The position numbers and the translations under genes were made by a program. Under the pieces are notes generated by a model that was given only the letters and a program-made list of their open reading frames with translations, was not told the origin of the DNA and searched no databases. A stretch of 64,000 nucleotides of DNA from Nitrospirota bacterium. Its GTDB lineage: Bacteria > Nitrospirota > Thermodesulfovibrionia > Thermodesulfovibrionales > Dissulfurispiraceae. Where the stretch lies: the NCBI GenBank assembly GCA_963790025.1, contig CAWBMP010000005.1, positions 512,001 through 576,000 of the forward strand. The letters run 5' to 3'. Shown here in pieces: positions 17,326 through 27,854 of this stretch. Position 1 is the first letter of the stretch. Each line of letters begins with the position of its first letter.

Positions 17326-19335
17326 CTAAAGTTCTCCGATATGGGTATTAGTCAAGGTGAACTTGCCGTCACTATTTGAGCGCAAATACTCGAAATAGGT
17401 CGTCATTACTTTTTTGACGTAATTTCTCGTCTCATCATAAGGAATATCTTCAATAAACTCGTCGACTGTTTTGTATTTCCCCTTTTTCAACCAGTCGTTT
17501 ACCGCATCCTCTCCGCCGTTGTAAGAAGCGAGAGCGACCGGAATAGAGCCGAATCTGTTGAGCAACTGCTTGAGATAGAAGCTTCCCAGCATTATGTTGG
17601 TCCGGGCATCCTCTAATTGGACACTGGCTGGTCCCCTGGACTTTTCAAGATGCACCTTCATATTCTTTTTATAGCGGAGGGCGGTCTGGGGCATCATCTG
17701 CATCAGTCCGATAGCGCCTGCGATAGACTGTGCTTCGGGCTCGAACCGCGATTCCTCGCGCATTACTGAAAGAATCATATAAGGATCGAGTGAGGTAATC
17801 CCTGAGGCTTCCTCAACTTCAGACCAGAAGGCAAGCGGATAATAGAGCTCGTGCAGTTCTTCGTTGTATGGGACCTTTGAAATAAGCGCTATAGATGTCT
17901 TGTAATATCCAAGTTTTTTAAGATATAAGCTGATGGAAACCAGGTCGCCGGGCGCAGGATTCTTTCTCGACAGGAAGAGCAGGTCGGCGGCAGCCTCGTC
18001 CTTCAGACCGATGCTTGTCAGTATATCGATCCTTGCAGAAGCAGGCTGATTCAATGAGGCTTTCAAGTGGGTCTTGCCGATTACCGGAGGTTTCCGTTTA
18101 TTTTTCAGCAAGGTCAGATACGCATAAAAATCATGGCTGTTTTCCTGGTCTTCAGCATGGCCCGGTGGTGCTTTATAGCCAAGCAAATCCCCGCACTTCC
18201 TGCTCCAATACAGATATTTTGAATCGCCGTATGTCGAGGTCAGCTTTGAAAAGATTTTATATGCATTTCTGTAATCCCTCGATAAATAGTAAGTCCACCC
18301 CTCGGACCATAGGGTCTCTTCCCTGGCGGACGGATAATGCGTAAGAACGGTATCGAAAATTTTAAGGGCCTCCTCAGTATCGCCTTCCCGTCTTTTCATC
18401 CCGCCATACGCCAGTATCACTGTTGCTACCCTGTTATCGGCGGCATTGCTGAATTCCGGCAGCTCGGACTGAAAGACAGCGTTATCGCCGGCCCTGAAGA
18501 TTGATCGCGCTCTCCAGAAACTGTTCTTCGTTATTTTATAGAGATCTGCCGCATCTTTGTATCTTTTCTGCCTGAATAAAGAGTATGCCAGGCTGTCCGT
18601 TATTTCCCGAGCACTGAAATCGTCGCCAGCGGGTAACGTGTTGAGTGCCCGGCCGGAGCGAGCAAGAGCCTCCCTCAGGACTTTTTCGGCTTCTTCAAAA
18701 CGCCACGCGGTATTCAGTGCCTTTCCCTTTTTCATAAGGTCTTCTGCTGTAACATCGGATGGCGAGAGTTCATTCGACGCCCTTGCCGACAGTGGGCAGG
18801 CAGCGATAAACACTTCTCTGAGCAGTTCCCTGGCTTTCTGCTGGTCATTGTTCTCCTTGAGCCACTGCGCATAGGCATATTTGATCTCCATATTCCATGG
18901 GTTGTCTTTGACCATGCCCTCGAGTAACATGCCTGTCGACGGGCCGTTCTTTTTTTCCAATAATTTTATTTCTCTGAATTCTGCTTTTTTAACAAGCCGC
19001 GATTCCCTGTACTTCTCTTTAAGGGACCTCAAGTCCTGAAGTGCCCGGTCTGAGTTTCCTGCGCCCTCATAAGCTTTCGCACGCCACAGCAGCGCATAAT
19101 CACCTAACAACGGCAATTTCTCATATGCAACGGTCAGGAGGGCAATTGCTTTTTCATAATTACCGCATTCCATATAGTTTTTGCCTCTGAGAAGTGCTTG
19201 TGCCCCGTCTGGTACCGTCTCTTGAACCGGACCACCAAAAGTCTGCGACGCGGGCATAAAACATAGAGCAAAGAGAACGGGCAACAGGAACAAGTACAAG
19301 TGCACCTGAGAGCGCGGGTTAAAATTTATTGACAT
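17326..19335 (-). CDS. slt: soluble lytic transglycosylase with TPR repeats
   Basis: MREESRF, GAIGLMQMMP, ASYNGG, IPYDETRNYVKKV; start uncertain. Confidence 0.9.
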   Translation of the reverse strand: MSINFNPRSQVHLYLFLLPVLFALCFMPASQTFGGPVQETVPDGAQALLRGKNYMECGNYEKAIALLTVAYEKLPLLGDYALLWRAKAYEGAGNSDRALQDLRSLKEKYRESRLVKKAEFREIKLLEKKNGPSTGMLLEGMVKDNPWNMEIKYAYAQWLKENNDQQKARELLREVFIAACPLSARASNELSPSDVTAEDLMKKGKALNTAWRFEEAEKVLREALARSGRALNTLPAGDDFSAREITDSLAYSLFRQKRYKDAADLYKITKNSFWRARSIFRAGDNAVFQSELPEFSNAADNRVATVILAYGGMKRREGDTEEALKIFDTVLTHYPSAREETLWSEGWTYYLSRDYRNAYKIFSKLTSTYGDSKYLYWSRKCGDLLGYKAPPGHAEDQENSHDFYAYLTLLKNKRKPPVIGKTHLKASLNQPASARIDILTSIGLKDEAAADLLFLSRKNPAPGDLVSISLYLKKLGYYKTSIALISKVPYNEELHELYYPLAFWSEVEEASGITSLDPYMILSVMREESRFEPEAQSIAGAIGLMQMMPQTALRYKKNMKVHLEKSRGPASVQLEDARTNIMLGSFYLKQLLNRFGSIPVALASYNGGEDAVNDWLKKGKYKTVDEFIEDIPYDETRNYVKKVMTTYFEYLRSNSDGKFTLTNTHIGEL

Positions 19336-20548
19336 AATCCACATACGAATCGTAATTTCTTTTTGTCTCATCCAGGCTGTCGCCCCCGAATTTTTCGAGG
19401 AGTGCATCGGCAATAACCAGTGCGGCCATTGCCTCGCCGATCACTGCCGCTGCAGGTACGGCGCAAGTATCAGAGCGCTCATATGCCGCTTCAAATGGTT
19501 CTTTAGTCATTATATCGACTGACCGCAACGGTTTTCTCAGGGTCGGGATGGGCTTCATTACCGCTTTAATGATAACAGGCATTCCATTGGTGATCCCTCC
19601 TTCGATCCCGCCGGCGTGGTTCGTCCTCCTGAAGAAGCCAATGTCCATGCACCCCGAAAGGTCTGCCGACTTTTTGGGGACCCCATCTGCCTTATAGAAT
19701 ATTTCATCCATTACTTCGGAGCCGAATTTATCGGCATACGTAAAGCCGTCACCGATTTCAACCCCTTTGACAGCCTGAATGCCCATAAATGCCTGTGCTA
19801 GGATACCGTCCAGACGCCGGTCCCACTGAATGTGGCTACCGAGGCCCACGGGCAGACCGGTGGCTAGTACCTCGAATCTGCCGCCGAGCGTATCTCCGGT
19901 CTGTGCTGCTTTGTCGATCAGCGCCATCATAGCACGCGCAGTCTCCTCGTCAGGGCATCGTACCGGAGAAGCATCGATCTTTTCGGGAAAACTGTTTGCT
20001 GGAAATGCGTCCCGGAATTCTTTCAGCACCATATCTGAGATGCTGACGCTGCCGATCTGGGTCACATAGCTCCCTATATCAATAGAAAACGCGGACAGGA
20101 ATTTTTTTGCTATCGCCCCCAGAGCGACTTTAATTGCTGTTTCTCTTGCACTGGAACGCTCAAGGACATTCCGTATGTCCCTCTGATTAAATTTCAGTGC
20201 TCCACCAAGGTCCGCATGCCCCGGACGCGGCCTTGTGACGGGTGCAATTGAACCCTCGTGCAGGCTTTCCACCGACATCCCTTCCAGCCAATTCTTCCAG
20301 TCCTTGTTTTCGATAAGCAGAGCTATAGGAGAACCGAGGGTTTTTCCCCATCTGACGCCTGAGATTATTTGCGCACGGTCCATCTCAATCTTCATCCTGC
20401 CCCCGCGCCCGTATCCCAACTGCCTTCTTTTTAGTTCTCTATCAATATCGGCGGCCGCTACGGCAAGACCGGAAGGAATTTTCTCGATAATGCCGACAAG
20501 CGCCTTACCGTGCGATTCCCCGGCAGTTATAAGCTTAAGTATTTTCAT
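19319..20548 (-). CDS. aroC: chorismate synthase
   Basis: TAGESHG, RPGHAD, RSSARETA, GGIEGGITNG, RSDTCAVP. Confidence 0.97.
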   Translation of the reverse strand: MKILKLITAGESHGKALVGIIEKIPSGLAVAAADIDRELKRRQLGYGRGGRMKIEMDRAQIISGVRWGKTLGSPIALLIENKDWKNWLEGMSVESLHEGSIAPVTRPRPGHADLGGALKFNQRDIRNVLERSSARETAIKVALGAIAKKFLSAFSIDIGSYVTQIGSVSISDMVLKEFRDAFPANSFPEKIDASPVRCPDEETARAMMALIDKAAQTGDTLGGRFEVLATGLPVGLGSHIQWDRRLDGILAQAFMGIQAVKGVEIGDGFTYADKFGSEVMDEIFYKADGVPKKSADLSGCMDIGFFRRTNHAGGIEGGITNGMPVIIKAVMKPIPTLRKPLRSVDIMTKEPFEAAYERSDTCAVPAAAVIGEAMAALVIADALLEKFGGDSLDETKRNYDSYVDYVNKF

Positions 20549-20699
20549 ATATGTACGATAACGTGAAATAGCTGCTAGCGTCAATGATTTTTAAGGAGCT
20601 TGACATTGCTTTTGTATCGCTTGACATTTATTTGGCAGGTGATAGTATCATATTAAAAAAGAAAGCAAATTTGGGTATGCGCAAATAGGGATTGATGAA

Positions 20700-21554
20700 A
20701 TGAAAAGGCCGCCCCCTATAACGGTCGCAACTTTTGTTACGGGTTTGGTTTTGCTCATGATGCCGGTACGGATTGACTTTTGGGGGACCCCCATCATTTA
20801 CGCCCAATCAGAGCCGGCGAAAACGGCCCCCCCTCCTGTAGCACAGCCTTTAATCCGTGAAGGTGAATTTGCGGTAAAGCTTGTGTCAGTATTTGAATTG
20901 GGTGCTGCCGCTGATGAAGTCGAGGCTGAAACCCTGCTTGCACAAGCCGGCATTGCGCCGGGGAATGGGTGGATTGCAGACTACCCTGTTACCCCCGATA
21001 TTGCGGGCGAACTGCAAAAAGCAGTGAGCAATGCCGCAGACTCCAGGAAATTTACGATTAGTAAAGGTGAAGCAGTGAAGAGGTTTCAGGACGCTCTTGC
21101 TGCTCTCAAGGTATCGTTCAGGCCTTTTGCGGGCAGTCAGCCGGAACCCCAGCCATCGGTCCCTGAGAGTTACTCGAACCCTGCGGTAATTAACAATTAT
21201 TATGCGACTGAGGGGCCGCCGGTAGTTACATATTATGCCCCACCGCCCGATTACCTTTATCTGTATGCATGGGTCCCTTGTCCGTTCTGGTGGGACACCT
21301 TCTGGTTTCCGGGGTATTACATACTCAATGATTTCCACAGAGTTGTTGTCGCTCACGGCAGCGTGTTATTTGTCACAAATCATTTCAATGACATCAGGGT
21401 GCACAGGGTATTTCGTATCGACCCGGTAAAGAGATTCAGGGGAACGACCTTTGCTGGAATAGGCGCCCCTCATGGAAGGGGTTTTATATCTACCGGAGTT
21501 CCGGGAAGTCCTGAGAGAATCTTTAACAGGCGCGGTGTGCAGAAGCACAGGTAG
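20700..21554 (+). CDS. hypothetical exported protein
   Basis: Signal-like N-terminus, Pro/aromatic-rich C-terminal half. Confidence 0.7.
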   Translation: MKRPPPITVATFVTGLVLLMMPVRIDFWGTPIIYAQSEPAKTAPPPVAQPLIREGEFAVKLVSVFELGAAADEVEAETLLAQAGIAPGNGWIADYPVTPDIAGELQKAVSNAADSRKFTISKGEAVKRFQDALAALKVSFRPFAGSQPEPQPSVPESYSNPAVINNYYATEGPPVVTYYAPPPDYLYLYAWVPCPFWWDTFWFPGYYILNDFHRVVVAHGSVLFVTNHFNDIRVHRVFRIDPVKRFRGTTFAGIGAPHGRGFISTGVPGSPERIFNRRGVQKHR

Positions 21555-21576
21555 GCTACTTGGAGGTAAATTTATT

Positions 21577-22197
21577 GTGGTTAAAGAAATGCGCGGCTTC
21601 ATCATAATCCTTTTACTTATGGTTTGTGCGGCTGTTTTGACCTCTTCACAACTTGCATGTGCCGGAGGACCGACGGAAGGATTGCAACAGTCGGTTGATT
21701 CCGTTCTTGCAATCGCAAGGAATGAAGCATTGAAAGGACCCGGTAAACAAACTGAAAGAAGAGCGGCAATGAGGAAGATAGTTGACAACATATTTGATTT
21801 TGGGGAGATGTCCAAACGTTCCATGGCGCTAAACTGGAAGAAAAGAACGCCTGAAGAAAAAAAAGAATTCGTTTCTCTTTTTGCGGACCTGCTCGAAGCA
21901 ACGTATGCTTCAAAGATCGAGAGATATAACGGTGAGAAGATCGTATATACAGGAGAATCCATAGACGACGGCTACTCGATGGTCAGGACAAAAGTAATCA
22001 CCAAGACGAATACGGAGATACCGTTGGATTATAAGCTGATGAGAGAAGGGGGTAAATGGATGGTATACGACGTGGTTATTGAAGGTGTAAGCCTGATAAA
22101 TAACTACCGCTCTCAATTCAACCAGATAATAAGTTCCGGTTCTTATGACGGGCTGGTAGCCAGGCTGAAGAAAAAATCAATCGAGGAACCAAAGTAA
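21577..22197 (+). CDS. mlaC: MlaC/Ttg2D family phospholipid-binding protein
   Basis: FDFGEMSKRSMA..W, WMVYDVVIEGVSLINNYRSQF. Confidence 0.9.
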   Translation: MVKEMRGFIIILLLMVCAAVLTSSQLACAGGPTEGLQQSVDSVLAIARNEALKGPGKQTERRAAMRKIVDNIFDFGEMSKRSMALNWKKRTPEEKKEFVSLFADLLEATYASKIERYNGEKIVYTGESIDDGYSMVRTKVITKTNTEIPLDYKLMREGGKWMVYDVVIEGVSLINNYRSQFNQIISSGSYDGLVARLKKKSIEEPK

Positions 22198-22207
22198 ACT
22201 AAGAATC

Positions 22208-23035
22208 GTGAAGACGCCTTTCTCCATTTTAACACTGATAGTTGTATTAATGATTCTATTCCCGTCTGCCGTTCGGTTGCATGACGCGGCATATGCCCTT
22301 TCTCACCATAAAGCGGGCAGCCACGTAAAGGACCGGCGCCACAGCAGTGCAAGCGACATGGAATTTATATTTGTCAAAGGCGGCTGTTATAAGATGGGTG
22401 ATATCTTCGGGGATGGAAATAGCGACGAAAAACCTGTGCATGAAGTCTGTGTCAGCGATTTTTACATGGGAAAGTATTTGGTGACGCAGGGCCAGTGGAA
22501 GGATATAATGGGTTATGACCCGTCACTCTTCAGCAGTTGCGGCGAAAACTGTCCTGTTGAAAATGTGAGCTGGAGTGATACTCAGGTATTCATCGGGAAG
22601 TTGAACGGGAAGACGGGAAAGAATTATCGTTTGCCTACGGAGGCGGAGTGGGAGTATGCCGCAAGGAGTGGAGGGAGGCAGGAGAAGTGGGCAGGCACGA
22701 GCAGCGAATTGGAACTTCAGCAATATGCGTGGTATGATAGGAACTCCGGGGACAAGACGCATCCGGTAGGACAGAAGAAGCCGAACGGTTTGGGACTGTA
22801 CGACATGAGCGGTAATGTTTGGGAGTGGTGCCAGGATTGGTTTGACGACAGCTATTACAGGGATGGTCCGAGGAACAACCCCACAGGACCGGGGAGCGGA
22901 CAGGACAAAATGCTCCGCGGGGGGTCATGGTTTAACGGGAGAAATTATGTTCGCGCGGAGACCCGTTTCGGGTTCGATCCGGCTAGCCCATACATCCTCG
23001 GCGGCTTTCGCCTGGTTGCCCCTTCAGGGAGGTAA
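22208..23035 (+). CDS. FGE-sulfatase (SUMF1-like) domain protein, exported
   Basis: RLPTEAEWEYAAR, NGLGLYDMSGNVWEW, RGGSW, GFRL. Confidence 0.92.
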   Translation: MKTPFSILTLIVVLMILFPSAVRLHDAAYALSHHKAGSHVKDRRHSSASDMEFIFVKGGCYKMGDIFGDGNSDEKPVHEVCVSDFYMGKYLVTQGQWKDIMGYDPSLFSSCGENCPVENVSWSDTQVFIGKLNGKTGKNYRLPTEAEWEYAARSGGRQEKWAGTSSELELQQYAWYDRNSGDKTHPVGQKKPNGLGLYDMSGNVWEWCQDWFDDSYYRDGPRNNPTGPGSGQDKMLRGGSWFNGRNYVRAETRFGFDPASPYILGGFRLVAPSGR

Positions 23036-23040
23036 TTAAT

Positions 23041-23898
23041 ATGCACACAGCGGCGAATAGGAATTTGGCGGGCCTGACGGACATGTCAAAGTTGAATATT
23101 CCATCACTGCCGATAATTGCTGTCAAGGCATTGCAAGTTCTGGGGGAAAAGTCAGCGAGCACAGACAGTCTGGCAAAAATCATTTCTTTTGACCAGTCTT
23201 TTACTTCACGTCTGCTTAAGATCGCGAATTCGCCTTATTTCAACAGAGGGAATAGTGTAGGTTCAATTGACGATGCCGTTTTCCGCGTAGGGTTCGAGAC
23301 CGTGCGGTCTATAGTCGTAATGGCGGCCCTCAAAGATGTCAGAAGAAACTCAGACGTAACAGATTTTGGACTTTGGGAACATAGTACCGCTGTTGCAATT
23401 GCCTCGAGGGTCATCGCGGAGCAATTGGGGACCGGCAGTCCGGCGCAGTTTTTTATTCCGGGCCTGTTGCACGACATCGGCAAGATGGTGATGAATGTCA
23501 ACTTTAAAGAAAAATATACAACGGTAATTGACGAAGTGAGGGCTTCAGGCAAGGCCTTTCAGAAAGCAGAGTTTGAAGTATTCGGTTTTACGCACTGTAA
23601 TATGGGCGAGTATGTAGCTGAAAAATGGAACCTCCCCGCCGAAGTCCGCAATGTAATTTCTCTTCACCACTGCCCTGCCTCCGAGATAGCGGACCGCAAG
23701 GACATTTTCGGCGTGTTACTGGTAAAGGCAGCCGACTTTATCTGTTCCGAACTGGGAATAGGCATCGGCGACAACTTTGATCCCGTTGAAAGGGACCTCG
23801 GATTTATAGGACTGTCAAATGGGTCCCAGGTTGATAGTATTAAGAAAAAAGTTGAAGAACAGTATCCGGAATGCAAATCCTTCATATTAGAACAGTGA
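23041..23898 (+). CDS. HDOD domain protein
   Basis: LLKIANSP, WEHS, GLLHDIGK, HH. Confidence 0.9.
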   Translation: MHTAANRNLAGLTDMSKLNIPSLPIIAVKALQVLGEKSASTDSLAKIISFDQSFTSRLLKIANSPYFNRGNSVGSIDDAVFRVGFETVRSIVVMAALKDVRRNSDVTDFGLWEHSTAVAIASRVIAEQLGTGSPAQFFIPGLLHDIGKMVMNVNFKEKYTTVIDEVRASGKAFQKAEFEVFGFTHCNMGEYVAEKWNLPAEVRNVISLHHCPASEIADRKDIFGVLLVKAADFICSELGIGIGDNFDPVERDLGFIGLSNGSQVDSIKKKVEEQYPECKSFILEQ

Positions 23899-23902
23899 CC
23901 GA

Positions 23903-25543
23903 GTGGAAGAAAAAGACTTAGAATTAGTGGTAAATGCCTTTATCGATGCTGTCATAGCGGTGACAAATGATCATCGAATTGTGGCCAATCGTGAAGCTGA
24001 CCTGCATATAAAACACATGACTTCATGCTCTCTTACATTAAAAGAAGAGAATTGCCACGAGTGCAAATTATTTACCCGCGACGGCATGTGTTATCTGAAG
24101 AGTTTTGACAACATGGATATGCTCAAGATTGACGGCGGATACGGTAATGAGAAGTATTCTTATACGGTTCTTGCGTCATGCCTTAATCAAAGCCGTCTGG
24201 TACAATTCAAATCTGATACCGGTGTGGGAAATATTCGCGGCATGCTGGCTGCGGATGTTCTCACCGGACTTCCTTCAATGGGTTACCTTAAGGACGCGCT
24301 CAAGATTGAGATGTCGCGGTCAAAGCTCCTTAATAAGAAACTGGGAGTCATATTCCTCGACATCCTTCGTTTCAATGTGATAAATACTACTCTGGGAAGG
24401 GACAGTGGAGACCGGGTCCTATATCTCGTTTCAAAAAAAATCGAGAGTTCACTCAGAAAATCGGATATTGTTGTAAGGCAAGGGGGGGACGTTTTCGTAG
24501 TAGTGGCAACAGACCTCAAGAGGACCCAGGAAATTTTCAAAGTCGCCAGGAGGATAATAGGGGCGGTCACTAGTCCTTATTTGATAGGCGGAAAAGAGAT
24601 CAGGCTGGCGTGTTGCCTCGGTATAAGCGTTTTTCCCGATGATTCGGAGGACGTCAATACTCTTCTGAAAAACGCCGATGTGGCCCTGCAAAACACAAAA
24701 AAAAGGGAAAAGAATTCTTTCACCTGTTACCACGGGGACATGGACAAAGAGTCTGAGGAGCTTTTGAGTCTGGAAAGCCGGCTTCATACGGCGGTTAAGA
24801 ACAATGAACTGGTCCTCCATTATCAACCACAGGTTAATGCAGTGACGGGACGGTTAATTGGCGCGGAAGCCCTTGTCAGATGGAACTTGACCGGTCATGG
24901 CATGATCCCGCCATTAAAATTTATTTCCCTTGCCGAGGACATGGGGGCCATTGTCGAGATAGGCGCCTGGGTGATCCGTCAGGCTTGCAAGCAGGCGCGG
25001 TCCTGGATCGATGACGGTTTTGCACCAGTTTGCATCTCGGTCAACTGTTCAATCAAACAATTCCGCGACGTTCATTTGGTAGATACGATCAGGGAGGCCC
25101 TTGAAGAATATAATATCCAGCCGGCGATGTTCGGTATCGAGATAACCGAAAATGTGTGTATGGACAATCCCCGCAAAGTTATCGGCATTCTGCGGCGAAT
25201 TGCAGACCTTGGCATAATCGTATCGATTGACGATTTCGGGTCCGGTTATTCTTCGCTGAACTATCTTAAGAAATTCCCCGTTCATAAATTGAAGATAGAC
25301 CGGTCTTTTATCAGTAATATTACAGGAGACAAGTCCGATGAGGCCATTGTAAAGACGGTAGTTTTTCTGGCTCATAATTTTGGGCTCAAAGTTGTGGCCG
25401 AGGGTGTCGAGAGCGAAGACCATGTCGATTTTCTGGCCCAATTAGGCTGCGACGAGTTGCAGGGATATCTCATAAGCAAACCATTGCCGGCTGAAGATTT
25501 TGTGAACATGTTGCGCGCTTTGCAGGAATGCATCGATAAATAA
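23903..25543 (+). CDS. GGDEF(degenerate GGDVF)-EAL protein, probable c-di-GMP phosphodiesterase
   Basis: YQPQV..EALVRW, EITE, DDFGSGYSSL, AEGVE, QGY. Confidence 0.92.
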   Translation: MEEKDLELVVNAFIDAVIAVTNDHRIVANREADLHIKHMTSCSLTLKEENCHECKLFTRDGMCYLKSFDNMDMLKIDGGYGNEKYSYTVLASCLNQSRLVQFKSDTGVGNIRGMLAADVLTGLPSMGYLKDALKIEMSRSKLLNKKLGVIFLDILRFNVINTTLGRDSGDRVLYLVSKKIESSLRKSDIVVRQGGDVFVVVATDLKRTQEIFKVARRIIGAVTSPYLIGGKEIRLACCLGISVFPDDSEDVNTLLKNADVALQNTKKREKNSFTCYHGDMDKESEELLSLESRLHTAVKNNELVLHYQPQVNAVTGRLIGAEALVRWNLTGHGMIPPLKFISLAEDMGAIVEIGAWVIRQACKQARSWIDDGFAPVCISVNCSIKQFRDVHLVDTIREALEEYNIQPAMFGIEITENVCMDNPRKVIGILRRIADLGIIVSIDDFGSGYSSLNYLKKFPVHKLKIDRSFISNITGDKSDEAIVKTVVFLAHNFGLKVVAEGVESEDHVDFLAQLGCDELQGYLISKPLPAEDFVNMLRALQECIDK

Positions 25544-25605
25544 GTTTAAAGAATTCTTGTGCAGGTAATGTTGCTTTTTTAGCGTTATTAATGATAATTT
25601 TCCTG

Positions 25606-26160
25606 ATGTCCGAACAGATTCAGCAAATCGGGGCCAGGATATGCGAACTGAGAGAGATCGCGGGATTGTCGGTCGAAACGCTTGCGAATGAGTTCAACAT
25701 CGCAGCTGAGATCTATCGCGATTACGAAAAAGGTGTCCTCGACATACCTGTAAGTTTACTCTTCGATATCGCGCGAAGGTTCAATGTTGACCTGACAGAA
25801 ATATTAACAGGCGAAGCGCCAAGGCTTCACGCATATTGCCTTGTGCGAAAAGGCAAAGGGGTGAGTGTTGACCGGAGCAAGCACTATAAATATCAAAGCC
25901 TGGCATATAACTTCTTACATAAAAAGGCCGAGCCTTTTCTTGTCACAGCCGGTCCCGAACGTGACGATGCCGAGGTCCAGCTGAATTCCCATACCGGCCA
26001 GGAATTCAACTATGTGATTGAAGGAACGGTCAAGGTCGTAGTTGATAATCACGAGCTTGTGCTGAACGAAGGTGATTCCCTGTTCTTTGACGCGGGTCTG
26101 GACCACGGAATGAAGGCTCTCGGCGGAAAACCGGCCAGTTTACTCGCGATTATCTTATGA
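25606..26160 (+). CDS. XRE-family HTH/cupin transcriptional regulator
   Basis: N-terminal HTH, cupin [18 protein letters not shown]; upstream of the acyl-CoA synthetase. Confidence 0.9.
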   Translation: MSEQIQQIGARICELREIAGLSVETLANEFNIAAEIYRDYEKGVLDIPVSLLFDIARRFNVDLTEILTGEAPRLHAYCLVRKGKGVSVDRSKHYKYQSLAYNFLHKKAEPFLVTAGPERDDAEVQLNSHTGQEFNYVIEGTVKVVVDNHELVLNEGDSLFFDAGLDHGMKALGGKPASLLAIIL

Positions 26161-26170
26161 AAGGTGTCAG

Positions 26171-27826
26171 ATGCTAAAGCGATTTGTGTCAAAGGCAGAT
26201 TTCACGTCATATGAAGACTTTGTCGAAAACTTCAGCATCATCGTTCCCGAGAATTTCAACTTTGCGTATGATGTTGTCGACGAAATGGCGCTGCATCGTC
26301 CCGGCAAGGTTGCCCTGGTATGGTGTGACGATAAAGGTGGAGAAGCGATATTCACCTTTGGTCAACTAAAAATATACAGTGACAAGGCGGCAAATTTATT
26401 TTCGTCCCGGGGCATTCGGAGAGGAGATCCGGTGATGCTCATCCTGAAAAGGCGCTTCGAGTTCTGGTTCTGCATCCTTGCTCTCCATAAGATAGGGGCC
26501 ATCGCCATTCCCGCGACACATATGCTTACGACAAAGGACATTGTGTACCGGAATAATGCGGCGGACATAAAGATGATTGTCAGCGTGGCAGACGCCGATG
26601 TTATCACGCATGTGGAAGAAGCTGCGGCCCAATCACCCTCACTCTGCCTGAAGTCCCTTGTCGGAGCGGGCCGGGAAGGCTGGCTCGACTTTAACGCTGA
26701 AATGGAGCGTGTGCCGGCGACTTTCAAGCGTCCCTCCGGTGACGCCGCTGTCTTGAACAGCGACATATTACTAATTTACTTCACGTCCGGAACAACGGGA
26801 ATGCCAAAGATGGTGCAGCATAATTTCACATATCCTCTCGGCCACATACTCACTGCAAAATATTGGCAGAACGTGCGTGAGGATGGGTTGCACCTCACCG
26901 TGGCAGACACCGGCTGGGCGAAGGCCGCCTGGGGGAAAATATACGGCCAGTGGCTTTCGGGATGTGCGATATTCGTGTATGACTACGACAAGTTCTATCC
27001 CCAAAAATTGCTTGATGTATTGGTGAAGTACGGCGTAACTTCTTTCTGCGCCCCTCCGACCGTTTACCGGTTCCTGATCAAGGAGGACCTTTCAAGATAC
27101 AGGTTCGATAAGCTCAACTACTGTGCCGTAGCCGGAGAGCCTTTGAATCCTGAAGTCTATTCCCAGTTCCTCAAGGCAACGGGAATAAGGCTTATGGAAG
27201 GTTACGGGCAGACGGAAACGACTGTCGCTATCGGCACATTCCCCTGGATGGAGCCTAAACCGGGTTCGATGGGCAAACCGTCTCCGCGATATGACATAGA
27301 CATTCTCGACGACAATGGCAACTCCTGTGAGGTCGGGGAGGAAGGACAGATTGTGATCCGCACCGGCAAAAGCATGCCGGTTGGAATATTTGGGGGATAC
27401 TATCGACAGTCTGATCGTACCGCGAGTGTTTGGCAGGATGATATTTATTACACGGGGGACATGGCATGGCGCGACGAAGATGGATATTACTGGTTCGTTG
27501 GCAGAGCGGACGATCTCATTAAAAGTTCGGGATACCGGATAGGCCCTTTTGAGGTCGAAAGCGCCCTTGTGGAGCATCCCGCGGTGCTGGAATGCGCTAT
27601 TACAGGTGTTCCAGATGTGCTAAGGGGGCAGGCCGTCAAGGCATCAGTGGTTTTGGCCAAAGGCTATTCTTCAAGTCAGGGGCTGGCAAGAGAGCTGCAG
27701 GAACATGTGAAGAAAGTGACTGCACCTTATAAATATCCGAGGATAATCGAGTTTGTAAACGAGCTCCCCAAAACAATCAGCGGCAAGATCCGGAGGGTCG
27801 AGATTCGGGAGAAAGTGAATTGGTAA
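26171..27826 (+). CDS. AMP-forming acyl-CoA synthetase
   Basis: [34 protein letters not shown]. Confidence 0.93.
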   Translation: MLKRFVSKADFTSYEDFVENFSIIVPENFNFAYDVVDEMALHRPGKVALVWCDDKGGEAIFTFGQLKIYSDKAANLFSSRGIRRGDPVMLILKRRFEFWFCILALHKIGAIAIPATHMLTTKDIVYRNNAADIKMIVSVADADVITHVEEAAAQSPSLCLKSLVGAGREGWLDFNAEMERVPATFKRPSGDAAVLNSDILLIYFTSGTTGMPKMVQHNFTYPLGHILTAKYWQNVREDGLHLTVADTGWAKAAWGKIYGQWLSGCAIFVYDYDKFYPQKLLDVLVKYGVTSFCAPPTVYRFLIKEDLSRYRFDKLNYCAVAGEPLNPEVYSQFLKATGIRLMEGYGQTETTVAIGTFPWMEPKPGSMGKPSPRYDIDILDDNGNSCEVGEEGQIVIRTGKSMPVGIFGGYYRQSDRTASVWQDDIYYTGDMAWRDEDGYYWFVGRADDLIKSSGYRIGPFEVESALVEHPAVLECAITGVPDVLRGQAVKASVVLAKGYSSSQGLARELQEHVKKVTAPYKYPRIIEFVNELPKTISGKIRRVEIREKVNW

Positions 27827-27854
27827 CGCCCGAATTTCTGATAGAATAACAGTC

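Noticed and set aside
24053..24064. CHEC in the GGDEF-EAL N-terminus as a heme c site
   Set aside because: Not CxxCH, and the protein appears cytoplasmic.
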